Source: Rotaria socialis (taxonomy: Eukaryota). From it: 64,000 bases of DNA. This document shows positions 27,701-40,000 of the stretch, in pieces. The position numbers were made by a program, and so were the translations under genes. The notes under the pieces are model-generated. The model was given only the letters and a program-made list of their open reading frames with translations, was not told the origin of the DNA and made no database searches. The number at the start of each line of letters is the position of its first letter. Within the stretch, counting starts at the first letter, position 1. The stretch lies in contig CAJNYD010000226.1 in assembly GCA_905331295.1 (NCBI GenBank), positions 1 to 64,000 of the forward strand, given 5' to 3'.

Positions 27701-30700
27701 GCCGAGATACTTCATATAGTTGGTATTTTCTTGCATAATATCTTGATCTCTTTCGAAGAAACTGATTTTCAAATATCGACTTAAAAATCTATACAGGGAT
27801 AGAATCGAACAAGAATGATTTACAATGAAAAATTCAGGCCTTTTGATGTATTTCAATACTGAGTTTAGACCATTAAAATCATAGTCATTCCTTCGAATAG
27901 CAACAACAACCAATTATTCTCATTCAGATACAGTTGTTATTTGTACAGAATTTCAAACCGAACTTTAAACTAAGACAATAGACTTTATGGCATTGATCTA
28001 TAGAATAATTATTAATTAGCAACATCTATATAAAAATAAGTTATTCTATTGTGACCTTTGTACAGCTTCATTTAAATTAAACGTAACGAATTCTTTTTAA
28101 ATTTCAATGTAATTAATTGTTTCGAGTTTCATGCAATGGAACAACCGATCGAACTAATAATGAAACGACATCTTAAAAACATCACAAAGAAAAGACTAGG
28201 GAATAAAAGTGTAAAGGATCAATATATTTATTTTCTTTGAGGTAGCGACAACGTAAATGCTCTTAATTGATCTTCAATTTTTTAAAACGGATATGAAGTC
28301 GGAATAGATTCTTCCTGTCAGCAAAATAGTAACTGTATCACAAATAAACTGAGACCGCTTTTTTCTCTCTTATATGCGTCATAATAACTTTTTTTAACTA
28401 AAAAACAGAGATACAATGAACTTAAAGAGAGAAAAAGTCGCGTCTTTTAATAAATTTTGTTTTTAATCAGTCAACCACAATCATTTCCTTTTATTGATTC
28501 ATTCATTTCTCTTTTTGACATTGTTCTATCTGCAACATGATTAATTATTTCAAAAAATGATCCACTCGATTTCATCTTTCTTATTTATATATATGTATGG
28601 CTTTGTCTTCTTTTTCTTCATCTTTACTTTTGATGAACGGATAGCACATCTTTTCCTTTTCGTCTCATTGTTTGTTTCTCTGCCATGTTGCACATTTAGA
28701 AGTCAATTCTCAAGAGATAATCGTAAACGATAATATGACAATAACCAGAACAATCAAATGTTGTTGTCATAATTTTAATAGCTTAACATATATATTTACA
28801 TCTTTATTTTAGTAAATCATCAGAAAACCATTGAAAATCGATTGGATATTCACATAATCGACTCCGGCTTTGGCAATCCTAATCAAGTAAGAGATAAAGA
28901 GAGAAAAGAAGATATGGAACAATATTGTCTGATTATTTTACAGTATGTTAGTATTGGCTGGTGATTGCAATTAAAAGATCCCTTAAGGGGAAGCGTTGAT
29001 ACTTGACTCCTTTTTTCTCTCTTGCCGAACGAGATGCATCATGCATGTTGTATATACTATCAGAAAGAATACAATGACAGTATGAACCTCTCAGACATAC
29101 GCAGCGGGATGATCTATAAATGATGAATGACGCTGAACAATACGGTATAACATTGAACAGTAAAAAAAAAGAAGCAAAAAAGGAAGCTTTATTATATATC
29201 TTTTCTTTTGTATACGGAAAAGAACAAGAAGAAAAGGATTGCTTCTCAGTTTTTTTTCTTGATGTTGCAAGAACATGAGATGCAGATGCATTTCGTTTCT
29301 TTTTATGATGCATTGAGTAGATTAATTACAAACAGAATATGTTAAACAGTATACTTCCTGTTTCTGTCTTAGTATTCCGGTAAGTTAAATAGAATTTTTT
29401 TCAAAAGAAGAGTGATTATTTACATATTAACCATGTAGATAGGTAGAATGAAGGATTTATATCAGTATGATTCATTATATATTGCTATTCAGTTCAGATA
29501 CATAAATGCTTTCATTCTCTTCGTTTGTTTCCTATGCTCTCTAAAAGTTAACAAGTAGATGAATGAATAGCAGAAGATTCTATTGGATATTCTTTTTGTT
29601 TATATGCAAGTGTCTGTCGGTGTGACTCTTTTATGGATAGTTGAGCAACTCAAGCACGCTAACAAAGATTGAACGCCTATTTGATTCACACGCAAAATGC
29701 ATGCATAATTGATAACTCAATGCAACTAGCAATTCATAGTTTAAGTGTATTTCTTTTTTGTTAGTAGACGACTTATTAGCGTTGTGGTCGAGAATAAAAA
29801 CGAGAAGAAACAAAATTACTATCATTTCTTCTTTTTTTTTGTCCGAAACTTTTAAATAATTATGTGCAACCTGTTATGTTAAAATCGTAAGTGAAAAAAT
29901 AAAAAATCAATATAATAGGATTTCTCCAATGAAATAAAAGATAAACTATCAAAAAAAAAATGAAGAGAACAAACAACAGAGAAGCTTTTTCTCTTCTTCT
30001 AAAAGGGTACTAAATTGGCAGTTGAACAGCAAAATGGTTCACGTTTGGCAATTGTCACGTTGGTTACTTGTCTTTGGATTCTTTTTATTATGTGTTCGTT
30101 TGTCTTACTGTATCTTATGAAACGCAATGATCGCGTTCTGAATAAGATGACTGAAATAATACATCAGAAAGATTCTTCAAGTGGTTATTCTGAAGTAAAA
30201 TGAAAAAACGATTTTAACAAAAATTCAGACTTAATATTTCTCTTTTCAAAGTATTTACGCCAACTAATTATCCAACCAACAGCAACAACAACAACAACAA
30301 CAAGTGGCGAAGTACAGAAAACAAGTAGTTTAGGTACGCAAACAGTACCAGTCAATAGTAAGGCAAAACGTATTAGTGAAGTTTCATCATCACGAAGTTC
30401 AACCTCAGCTTACGCCGATGAATCGGCTACTTCGTTAAATGTGGATATTATGGTAGGTCATTTGATTCTAGTATGTAGATTTTGATAGATTTTTTCGATA
30501 TTTTTCGTATTCATGCAAAAAAAAATCTATTTTTAGTCTTATGTAGAAGATCATCTATGCAATCGAAATCGTTTAGAATCCGAATGGGAATCATTTTGTG
30601 CCAATAAACTCGATGATGAACAAGCAACAATATCATGTTCTGTAGCACTTTTAGAAATGAATGAACACAAGAATCGCTATATGGATTGCATACCGTGTAA

Positions 30701-32742
30701 GTTAAAACTATCTAGATCGTGACCTTTTTATTAATTTAATGACTGATGCATATATGTACGTACATCAGTTGACATTTATTTCCTCTTATGTTCACTTTTC
30801 GTCTCGCTTTTATATTATACGGGTATGTTTTATCCATGCCGCTGCCATTGGGTCACATATGTTAAATATAACTATCCAAAAGCATCTCTCTCTCATATTT
30901 ATGTGAAGATGCATAGGGAAGCACTTATATTAAAGAATACAATAAGAAGAAGCAGAAGAAAAGAAAGGTAAACATAGCTTTAGCTCGTCTTTCTTTTCAT
31001 GCCTTCTTTAATTAGAGTTGATAATCGAAATTCGAGTAGGATAACTCCTTTTAGTTTCCTTTTTCCTTGCATTCATAAGAAGATTTTCTTTGTGCATGTG
31101 TTCAATACTATCTCAGAATTCAAATTGAAACATCATCATCACCATCAGAAAAAGTATCTTGTATCTTTCTTTTTTTTCTTCTTCTTCTTCTTCTTCTATC
31201 TGTGGTCTGCAGATGATCATAATCGTGTTCAACTGGCAAGCGATGACAATAGTGATTATATTAATGCAAGTACAATTGTAAGTTTAATGAAGAAAAAAAA
31301 AGAAAAGAAAAGACGAACAATATATAAACCCGATCTATTTTAATTAGTTTGATTCTGATCCAAAATGCAAATATATCGCAACGCAAGGTCCAATGTCGAA
31401 CACAACCAATGCATTTTGGCAAATGGTTTGGGAACAAGGTTCATGTGTGATTGTAGCGTTAACTCGACCTAGTATGTTGTATCAATGCTATTGTTTTCAA
31501 TATGAAAATTTCTAATAATTTTTTCTTTAGTTGAAAATGGTATTACAATGTGCCATCATTATTGGCCAGTAGAAGGTTCTATACAATATGATGATTTTGA
31601 AGTATTAGAGATTTATTTAAAAATATAAAAATTAATTTAAATATATTTTTTGTTTTATTTATTACAAAGGTTAATCTTGTTTCGGAACATATATATTCGG
31701 ATGATTATGTTGTTCGAAATTTTTATTTCGCAAATATTCAAACCATGGAAACACGTACTATAACACAATTTCATTTTCTGACCTGGGATGAATTATGTAA
31801 TCCACCATCAACTAAAGCTATACTTGACTTTCGACGGTACGTTTGATTAAACAAGTAAATAGCTATGTATTTAAAACGAATAAAATAATTGTTCTATCCT
31901 TATTCATTAGGTTGAAACTAATCAGAGACAAAAAAAAAGAATAATTTAGCACTTGAGATGCAATTACATAGAAGTATGCATACACGTGATTAAGTTCTAT
32001 TCGTAGATTTTTATGTAAGAAAAAGAGAGAGAAAGAGACATACGCATCGAAGAAAACTGCATTCATTCTATGAAAGATCATGGTAAAAAAAAGAGAGAAA
32101 GAAAGATTAATATTATTATGATAGTTTTCTTTAATTAATGGACATTTACAGGCACCATACAAAAGACATGCATTTCTCTTTCGGCAGCTTTTGGAAATTA
32201 TGCAATTTGGAAAAGAAATAATTGCATAGTGACAAAAGCGACCTGATGAGAATTATATTTATTAACATAATTTTATATGACTGTAAAGAAAAGAAAAGAA
32301 AAGAAAAGCTTTATGTACTCTAATCTAGCCTTTACTTCTTTTTTCCTTATATTTATAGAAAAGTGAACAAATGTTGTCGTGGAACATCGGCACCGCTTAT
32401 TGTTCACTGCAAGTATGTGCTGATTATATAATGAAAAAAATTTTCATTAAAGATTTTTTTTTGTCTTATTAAGTGATGGTGTTGGACGTACTGGTACTTA
32501 TCTAGTACTCGATATTGTCTTAAATTGTATTCAGAGAGGAGCACGAGAAATAAATATTCCTGCTACACTTGAACATATTCGTGGCCAACGAGATAAAATG
32601 ATTAAAACAAAAGTACGGAGATAGTAAATTTTTAAATAAAATAAAGAACATTAATTTTATTTAGGAGCAATTTGAATTCGTCTTCAGTGCTGTAGCCGAA
32701 GAGGCTACCGATTTATTAAAAGCGTTGTCTCAAAAAGATTGA
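24729..32742 (+). CDS. PTPRN: Receptor-type tyrosine phosphatase N (IA-2/phogrin) homolog, about 19 exons
   Basis: Signal peptide; [24 protein letters not shown] (RESP18-like); TM at ~30045-30115; [66 protein letters not shown]-2-type signature [13 protein letters not shown]; end [20 protein letters not shown]. Confidence 0.93.
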
Positions 32743-33848
32743 CAATGAGGAAGAAGGAAAATAAAATACAAGTTCAAGCATGTCAACACAATGATTATTA
32801 TTCTTTTTTTTTCCGCTGCTAAGAAAAAGTAAATTTATCGATGATGAATAAATGAATAAAACACATATGTTTCTATGAAGATTTTAAATAAAGGATATTG
32901 CACGATGGAAAACTCCATGAGCATGAAATGCAAATATATAAAGGATTGATATGCTACAAAGCATCACGTATGCTTTAAGTGTGTTTTTACTGAAAACTTT
33001 ATTCGTCGTACTTATGAATGCGAAAAAAATCAATAGTCAATTTGTCAGATAACTATTTCTATGTTAACAACTGTAGAATACAATAAAAATAACAAATATA
33101 TTTTAGTATAAAATTCTATTTCTTTGAACTAAGAAATTGAAGATATATTAATAAGACCAACATGCATCCGATCTATGTTTCTTTTCGCTTGTGAGTTTAT
33201 GATAAACTTTACAGACCATCAAGATACTTTGTAAGCTTTATAGGCATGTGCTCATAATTCTGAAAATTGTCATTAGAAAATAATCGAAGAAATCTTTAGA
33301 TGTTGTACACATTTAGAATGAACTTATTGCATTGTTAAATTCTTCTTCAGATCGACGAGTGCGGATGCCACGGTGCCATTGATATGGAGAAATATCTATT
33401 GCTCAGTAGTCTGATACAAATATTCAAATTTCGATAAATCGTGTGATACGGGTTCCAACAATGATCTATGATGAATATTGTGACTCTTTTCAGAGTGAAC
33501 TTTGTGAATTCTCTAAATTATGTTTAGTGACTGTAAATGCTTCTTTTTATATGATACATTGATATTATTTATCTTTATTCTATGCGTGTTTCTATTTTCG
33601 GTTCTTCGAGATTTCTCAACCGCTCGTGTTTTCTAGTAATTCTTTCTGAGTCCGAGTAACGATGATGTCGCCACAATCGAGGTGGTTTTATTTTACATAA
33701 CACTTGAACAATTTCATTAGGTACAGATGGATTAAATAAATAATCGTTTATTGATATTTGATAATTATAAATTAAAGATTTTCCCGAAATACATAATTAG
33801 TTTTCATTGCATTACTTTCTTAACGAATGAAAATATGAAGGCTATCTA

Positions 33849-33858
33849 ATGACGTCAT
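33849..33858. promoter_or_regulatory. Perfect cAMP response element ATGACGTCAT upstream of the CREB-like gene
   Basis: Full palindromic TGACGTCA extended to 10 bp, ~230 bp before the first upstream ATG (34086). Confidence 0.55.
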
Positions 33859-34519
33859 ATGAATGTAAAACTGTCAGAAAAAAAAACAGTTTATTTAATA
33901 GTTATAAACTTCCGTGTGTTCTAAATCTAAAAATAGTTTTATTATAGAATTACTAAAACCGTTTATCTTTATTTTTATTTACCATCAGGAAACATAACTT
34001 TCATGTTTGATATTGTTTTGTATTTTTTCCGACAATTGATATTTTACATTCAGCATGTTTACCCATTTGAATTCATTTTATTTTAATGGAAAACAACAAT
34101 CAGATACATATTTCAAGTGTTTCATCGTTAACTAACAGTTCAAATATTAAAAGTAATATCTCCCATTCATTTTTTTTTATTGCACTTTCTGTAAACTTTG
34201 ATATATTATTATTAGACACTATAAAACAAAAGCAAATAAAACCTATTCGAATAATTTGGTTACTACTCAATCCATTATCAAGTATTAAACAATAAACAAT
34301 TGTGATATTATTCTCTTTTATTTAACTTTAGTACGCTATCCAGTGAAGGAATAAAACAAGAAGGATTTGAAAACAAATCTCACTCAATTATCACCACCCC
34401 TGTCTGGTAGTGTACTTTTTTTACAAAATAAAAATAAAAATATGATAATCTTCGTCTTAGTAGTAACTCCTGCTCATCTAGCATCACGTGAAACTCTAAA
34501 TAGTCTATCAAGTATCACA

Positions 34520-35492
34520 ATGTCAAATACTGGTAGTCATCTTATGTCAACATTGAATCCAAATCATTTATCCGACAATACTGGATCATATTTTGTGTCA
34601 GGTACAAATACATTTTTAAGATAAATTTCCAGATAATTAGTTCTTTTGGTTAAAATAAGATTGTTATTGCAATCTACAGATCAAAAATTTTAAGCAGATA
34701 AAGAAATCTTGAGCATTCAAATTCCTGTTGATTGTCATTGAAATATGAATAAATAAGATTGGGACAATGAATAAATTTACAAAAAATATATTAGATTCAT
34801 CACGAACTCTATAATAGTCTATAATTAATTAGAATCATATGTGCTATATGTGCATCATTACAGAAAAAAAAGACTTGGTAGTCAGTCACACGTGAAATTG
34901 ATCATTTATCATATTGCTATTTTTAGCTAAAGATAATAGTGAAATATTTGATGATTTTGTTTAATGCAGCATATGTTCCTGAATTTTGTCAAATATTATT
35001 TTTAAATCTTTTGTACTCGAATCGAAGTATCCTTTCATACTTTGTCTACAAAATAAGAATTTTCATTCGCATAGTTTTCAGAGAGTGATTTACGTTGAAA
35101 AAGTCAATTTACACAACCGATAATCTAAAAATTTTCTATTAGAATATTGAAATTGAGTACTGTGATTGTATCTGTTTCAAATCATATATCTTTAATCGTT
35201 TGCTTTTGAAATTTCAGGTTTAAGTGATCTAGCATCAAATTACAAATTAAACCCATCATCAAATACTGATTTGCCATCACCTTCATCTTCCTCTAACTCT
35301 TCAAATCCTCCATCGTCAAGTCAACATCATCATCTTCATTCACATCTACATCATCCAACACGACGACATGGAGAAGGTAATGATCCAACACGCAAACGAG
35401 AAATGCGTCTACAAAAGAATCGGTAAGACTATTATCAAATTGGTTCTTATTTTCTTTCTTTCTTTCTTATCATTTCTTTTACTTTTTGTTGT

Positions 35493-35524
<32 letters not shown>

Positions 35525-35718
35525 GTGAAGCAGCACGTGAATGTCGCCGTAAAAAGAAAGAATATATAAAATGCCTCGAAGAACGTGTTGCTGTACTTGA
35601 AAATCAAAATAAGGCATTAATCGAAGAATTAAGACAATTAAAAGAACTTTATTGTCAACGAGAAGAAACAAATAATAAAAATAATTCAAAAACTACAACA
35701 ACATCAACAGTCCGTTAG
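34520..35718 (+). CDS. CREB: CREB/CREM/ATF1-family bZIP factor, short ICER-like form; exons 34520-34601, 35218-35422, 35526-35718 (further 5' exons from 34086 uncertain)
   Basis: bZIP RKREMRLQKNR|EAARECRRKKKEYIKCLEERVAVLENQNKALIEELRQLKELYC with the phase-2 intron typical of CREB genes. No RRPSY KID motif found upstream. Start codon uncertain. Confidence 0.88.
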
Positions 35719-37025
35719 AAAGAAGAGCAGTATTATTATTATTACTCGTGTTATTTGTTTTTTCTTCATTAGCCATAGTTATTTGTTGTGCAACAGTGTG
35801 TATTTTTCTTTTGTTTTGCTGTGTTTATATTTTTCATTTCATGTGATCTGCTTTGTATTCAGAAACTTTCGATTTGTGACAATATTAAAAAGAAAAAGAC
35901 ATTATGGTGTATCTTTTTTGAGTTTGTCTTTATGTATTACTTGTTTTTCTATTCGCTTATTTTAGACATGATCAACGACGAAAATTAAGAAAGTAAGTCT
36001 TCCTTAATGAAAATATTTTCTTTGGATTAAATGTTTTTTTTATAAATACGAAGCCTAGTCAACAAAAAAAAATATGTGTCTCATGAGAGTCAATATTCAT
36101 CGTAACATGAATCATGTGGTGAAAGTAAAACAAAGAACGAAGAATAAATAGTTTAAGGTTTTGAACAAACCGAAATCCATCGATATCTCTTTGTAATTAA
36201 AATAACTAATCATAAAATAGTGAGTAGATAATGAATACATAACCTCGGTAGTTTTGTTTCTAAAAGTAACCTGCTTTTATTATATAATTGATCTTTAATA
36301 TTTAATTCTTGATAAAGCTTTGCTTTTAATAACAACAATATAATCAAGCACAGAAAATTATATATAAATTAGGAATTAAGTAACGAAAAAATAAAAGATT
36401 GATTTTATTTATAGAATGATTTACAGGCTATAATAAGATAAATTTGTATTCTAAGTATATTCCTATGTTACTTTCTGAATAGGCATTTGATTTACAAATT
36501 ATATTTATTTGATTCAGAGTTTACTTCTAAAAAAGATTGAGTTAGAATTCTTATAATTTTGTAGTTTCAAATATCGTTTGACATGAAAAATTTGATTGAA
36601 ATACGATGAATTAAAGCGTCACTTGACGTCTGCTTAAATAGTTGAATGCTTCGCAAGATGCATTAGGGAATCGATATTAACAGAAAAAAATTTGTTAAAA
36701 AATAGAACTTTTTCTTTTTTCTTCTATACGTTTTATAAACAGAAAAGCTATTATTTATTCAAAAATATCTTGGTTCCTGAAGCGTTATTTTGTAGAGCCA
36801 GATTGAGCGAAGAAATCGTTTCCTGACATTCCATACGTGATCAATTTTGATTCCTGGACCATGACGCATGATGATAATGGAGTTTAAATAAATATCCTTA
36901 TCATCATCATCGTCATGTTCCTTGAAAAAAAGTACATGCATTTTTGATAGCATTCAAGTCTCCCTTGTTTGTCACGTTCGCCGGAAAAACAATCGTATTC
37001 ATTCTTATTTTCTGTTCTTAGCATC

Positions 37026-40000
37026 ATGAATTTAACTGTTCCATTATCACCAACTTCGTCTGGTTTTCATCGGTCTCATTCTGATCGTGATCTGTTAGCT
37101 GTTGAACGTCGATTAACTCGTGCTCGTCTAAACAGTTCATCGTCATCATCGAATCTAGCCTCGTTATCAACAACTAGCACTTCTAACACAACATCATCAC
37201 CCTCACATTCAGGTTCATTATCAGCATCCGTATTTCTTCCATGGGATCGTTTACACAAATGGTTCTATGGTATTGCTATTGTAACATTTGATCTTGAATT
37301 AGGACAATCTATCGAGTTACTTCTACCAAGTCATTGTAAATTAACAGACAAAGAAAAATTAAACTTATCTTATTTATCATTTCCTGATACGAATTCAACA
37401 AGTCTCGGTGACTTTCAATATCATTTTCGTATGAATCATGAATCATCAAATTTAACCGTAGATCATCAATATTATAATTCAATTGTCCCACCAGCATTAC
37501 AAATTGATCATAATTCATTATTTGGTTATGTTAATTTTCGTCAAATACGTGATAAAAATATACCACGAGGATTTTTTCAAAAATCATTTGTTATTTTATC
37601 GAAATTACCGTTTATTTCGCTTTTTTTAAAAATTGTTCATCGACTTGCTATAAACTATTTCGAACATGGCCTAACAAGTTTAGAATCATGTTGTCATTTA
37701 ATGGATTGTCAATGGCCAGAACCTGAGCCTGGAAAGACGTTATTATTACCGTTATTAGATAATGTTCTTCAAGTACGCATTCCGACACATGGTGACAAAC
37801 CATTTTCATCATCAGATCTTGTTCAATTTCGTTCCATCGTTCATGAAACAATGAATAATCAGAATCATAGTCATTCATTTAAGTTTCCTATAGATGATGA
37901 TATTGATATTGATACACCATCAAAAGATTCATCTGGACATAATGAAGTAAACAGATTATTTCCGTTGTTTTATTTTTGTTGAGGAAATATTTGATTTAGA
38001 GTAAAAATAGCAATAAACCTGTTGAATATGTAAAACAAAATGAACAACAACAGCAACAATTGCCATACTTAATACCATTGGTATATGATGTTAATACGTA
38101 TCAATCATTGTTATGTGTTTTAAATCATATTCAACTTTTATGGGAATTAGTTTTACTTAATGAACCAATTGCAATTGTTGGGAATTTTCCAACAAAATGT
38201 TCACAAACTGTTCAAGCGCTTGGTAGGGGGTTGTTTTTAATCGATAGAGAATGATTAGTTAGATTTGTTCGCAGTTAAAATAAGCATAAAGATACTTCTA
38301 TTATGAATGAGAACGTTTGACAAATGGGAAACGACAGACTTTTGAACTTGAAGTTACTCTGAGCTACTTCAAGTTGCTTTCAGCTATTTGAAGTAGCTTA
38401 CTTTGACGTACTTTTCAACTTCAAATTTTCCTGAACTTGACGTTACTTTAAGCTGCTTGCTCCTACTTGGATGGCACTTTGAGCTACTTCAAGTAGTCTA
38501 CTTTGAAGTACTTTGGCGTACTTTTCTACTTCAAGTCCGCCGTTTCCCCCTTGATGTTTGAACAATATTTAGACAATATCAACGATGTCATAGCATTAGA
38601 AAAAATGTTTTGCAAATATTTTTCATAGACTTCAGTCATTAACCTGCTCATTTGAATTATTTCAATTGAAATCTAATAAATGTGGATAAAAAAATTTATA
38701 AATGCTAGTTAGTTACGATTCGACTCTTGGTTACACTGAAGCAATTTACATTAGTATATAGAGATGTAAAGTAAGAGAAACAAGAACAGAAAAAGTATTC
38801 TGTTACGTAGACAAGCCCTTGTCTAGTCATCCAATAAAGCTAACTTAATCGTAAAAGTTATTCTAGTATTAACCAGTAGTGTCAAACTTGAAACTTGAAT
38901 TCAGTTGAAAATAGAAAATTTCAACTTTCAACTCATAGCGATATATGTATGAGTCACAATTATTCAGAATGCTATTGGTTTAAAAGTTGAAAATTGAAAA
39001 ATTTTCAATTTTCAATTGAATTCAAGTTTCAAGTNNNNNNNNNNNNNNNNNNNNNNNNNNNNNNNNNNNNNNNNNNNNNNNNNNNNNNNNNNNNNNNNNN
39101 NNNNNNNNNNNNNNNNNNNNNNNNNNNNNNNNNNATAAAAACGACAGATTTTGATGATTAATTAGAGATTAAATCCTAATTATAATGATTTCTAATTAGT
39201 GAAACTAGATTTTTATTACTGATGTGAGTAGTGGTGAACATAGGCAATCGACCTGTACCAAAAAAGTTTCTAATTAGTGCATCTAAGTGTTAGTTTTAAT
39301 ATTGTATGTCGGTAATGGGGAGGGGTGGGGTACAGGGAAGTCGCAAAAACCTAGCCATTCAACTTATACTCACTATTTTCTTCGAAAATATATGCGAGTT
39401 CCACAAAAAAGAGAATTAGAAGCAAGCATCCAACGAAAAGCGATTTCTTCACATTTTCGATTTTTCCTTCATGATTTACGAAGCTCATCGAAGCAATACA
39501 CGTGGTTATAAAAATAAATTACCATTAGTTTATTCAATTTTGTGAAAGTTTAATCGCTTCGTGCGTTATCCAAGCAAGTCTACAAATGTCCTGATTTTTT
39601 TCCAATTCATGTCCTGTCTGAATTCCTGATTTTGAGATACAGGCTGCTGCGACCACTGTGTTGCACTGTTATTACTCTTCCAATTATTCCTTTTAACTCC
39701 ATTTTCAAAACTTTATTTTAATTTTTTAACTGATAAGAATCAAACAAGACAGGAAAAGAAAAAGACACAAAAAAGGGAAAAAATAACAACCTCATATCAA
39801 AATGTATTTCCCTTTATATATTCTCCTTTCATACTTTCTCCCCCTCCCATATCTTATCACATGCCGATGACGTTTCTTCTATTGCATAGGGGTAAATTTA
39901 GTACATGGAGAGAGACAAGAGAGAGAAAAAAAAACATCAAAGAATGCAATGGATGATACCATAACGAAACACAAAGCAGAATATAGAAGATATATCCTAA

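Noticed and set aside
28700..28722. Candidate PTPRN micro-exon (AG...GTAAAC)
   Set aside because: 23 nt would shift the frame, and the flanking exons already join in frame.
32240..32270. CTGATGA as a possible hammerhead ribozyme core (also ~60575)
   Set aside because: No convincing flanking stems around a correctly placed GAAA.
38326..38550. Short spaced repeats resembling a CRISPR array (also 21535-21635 and 50660-50920)
   Set aside because: Repeats are short, degenerate and irregularly spaced, lie within TE-like sequence, and there are no cas genes in this eukaryotic context.
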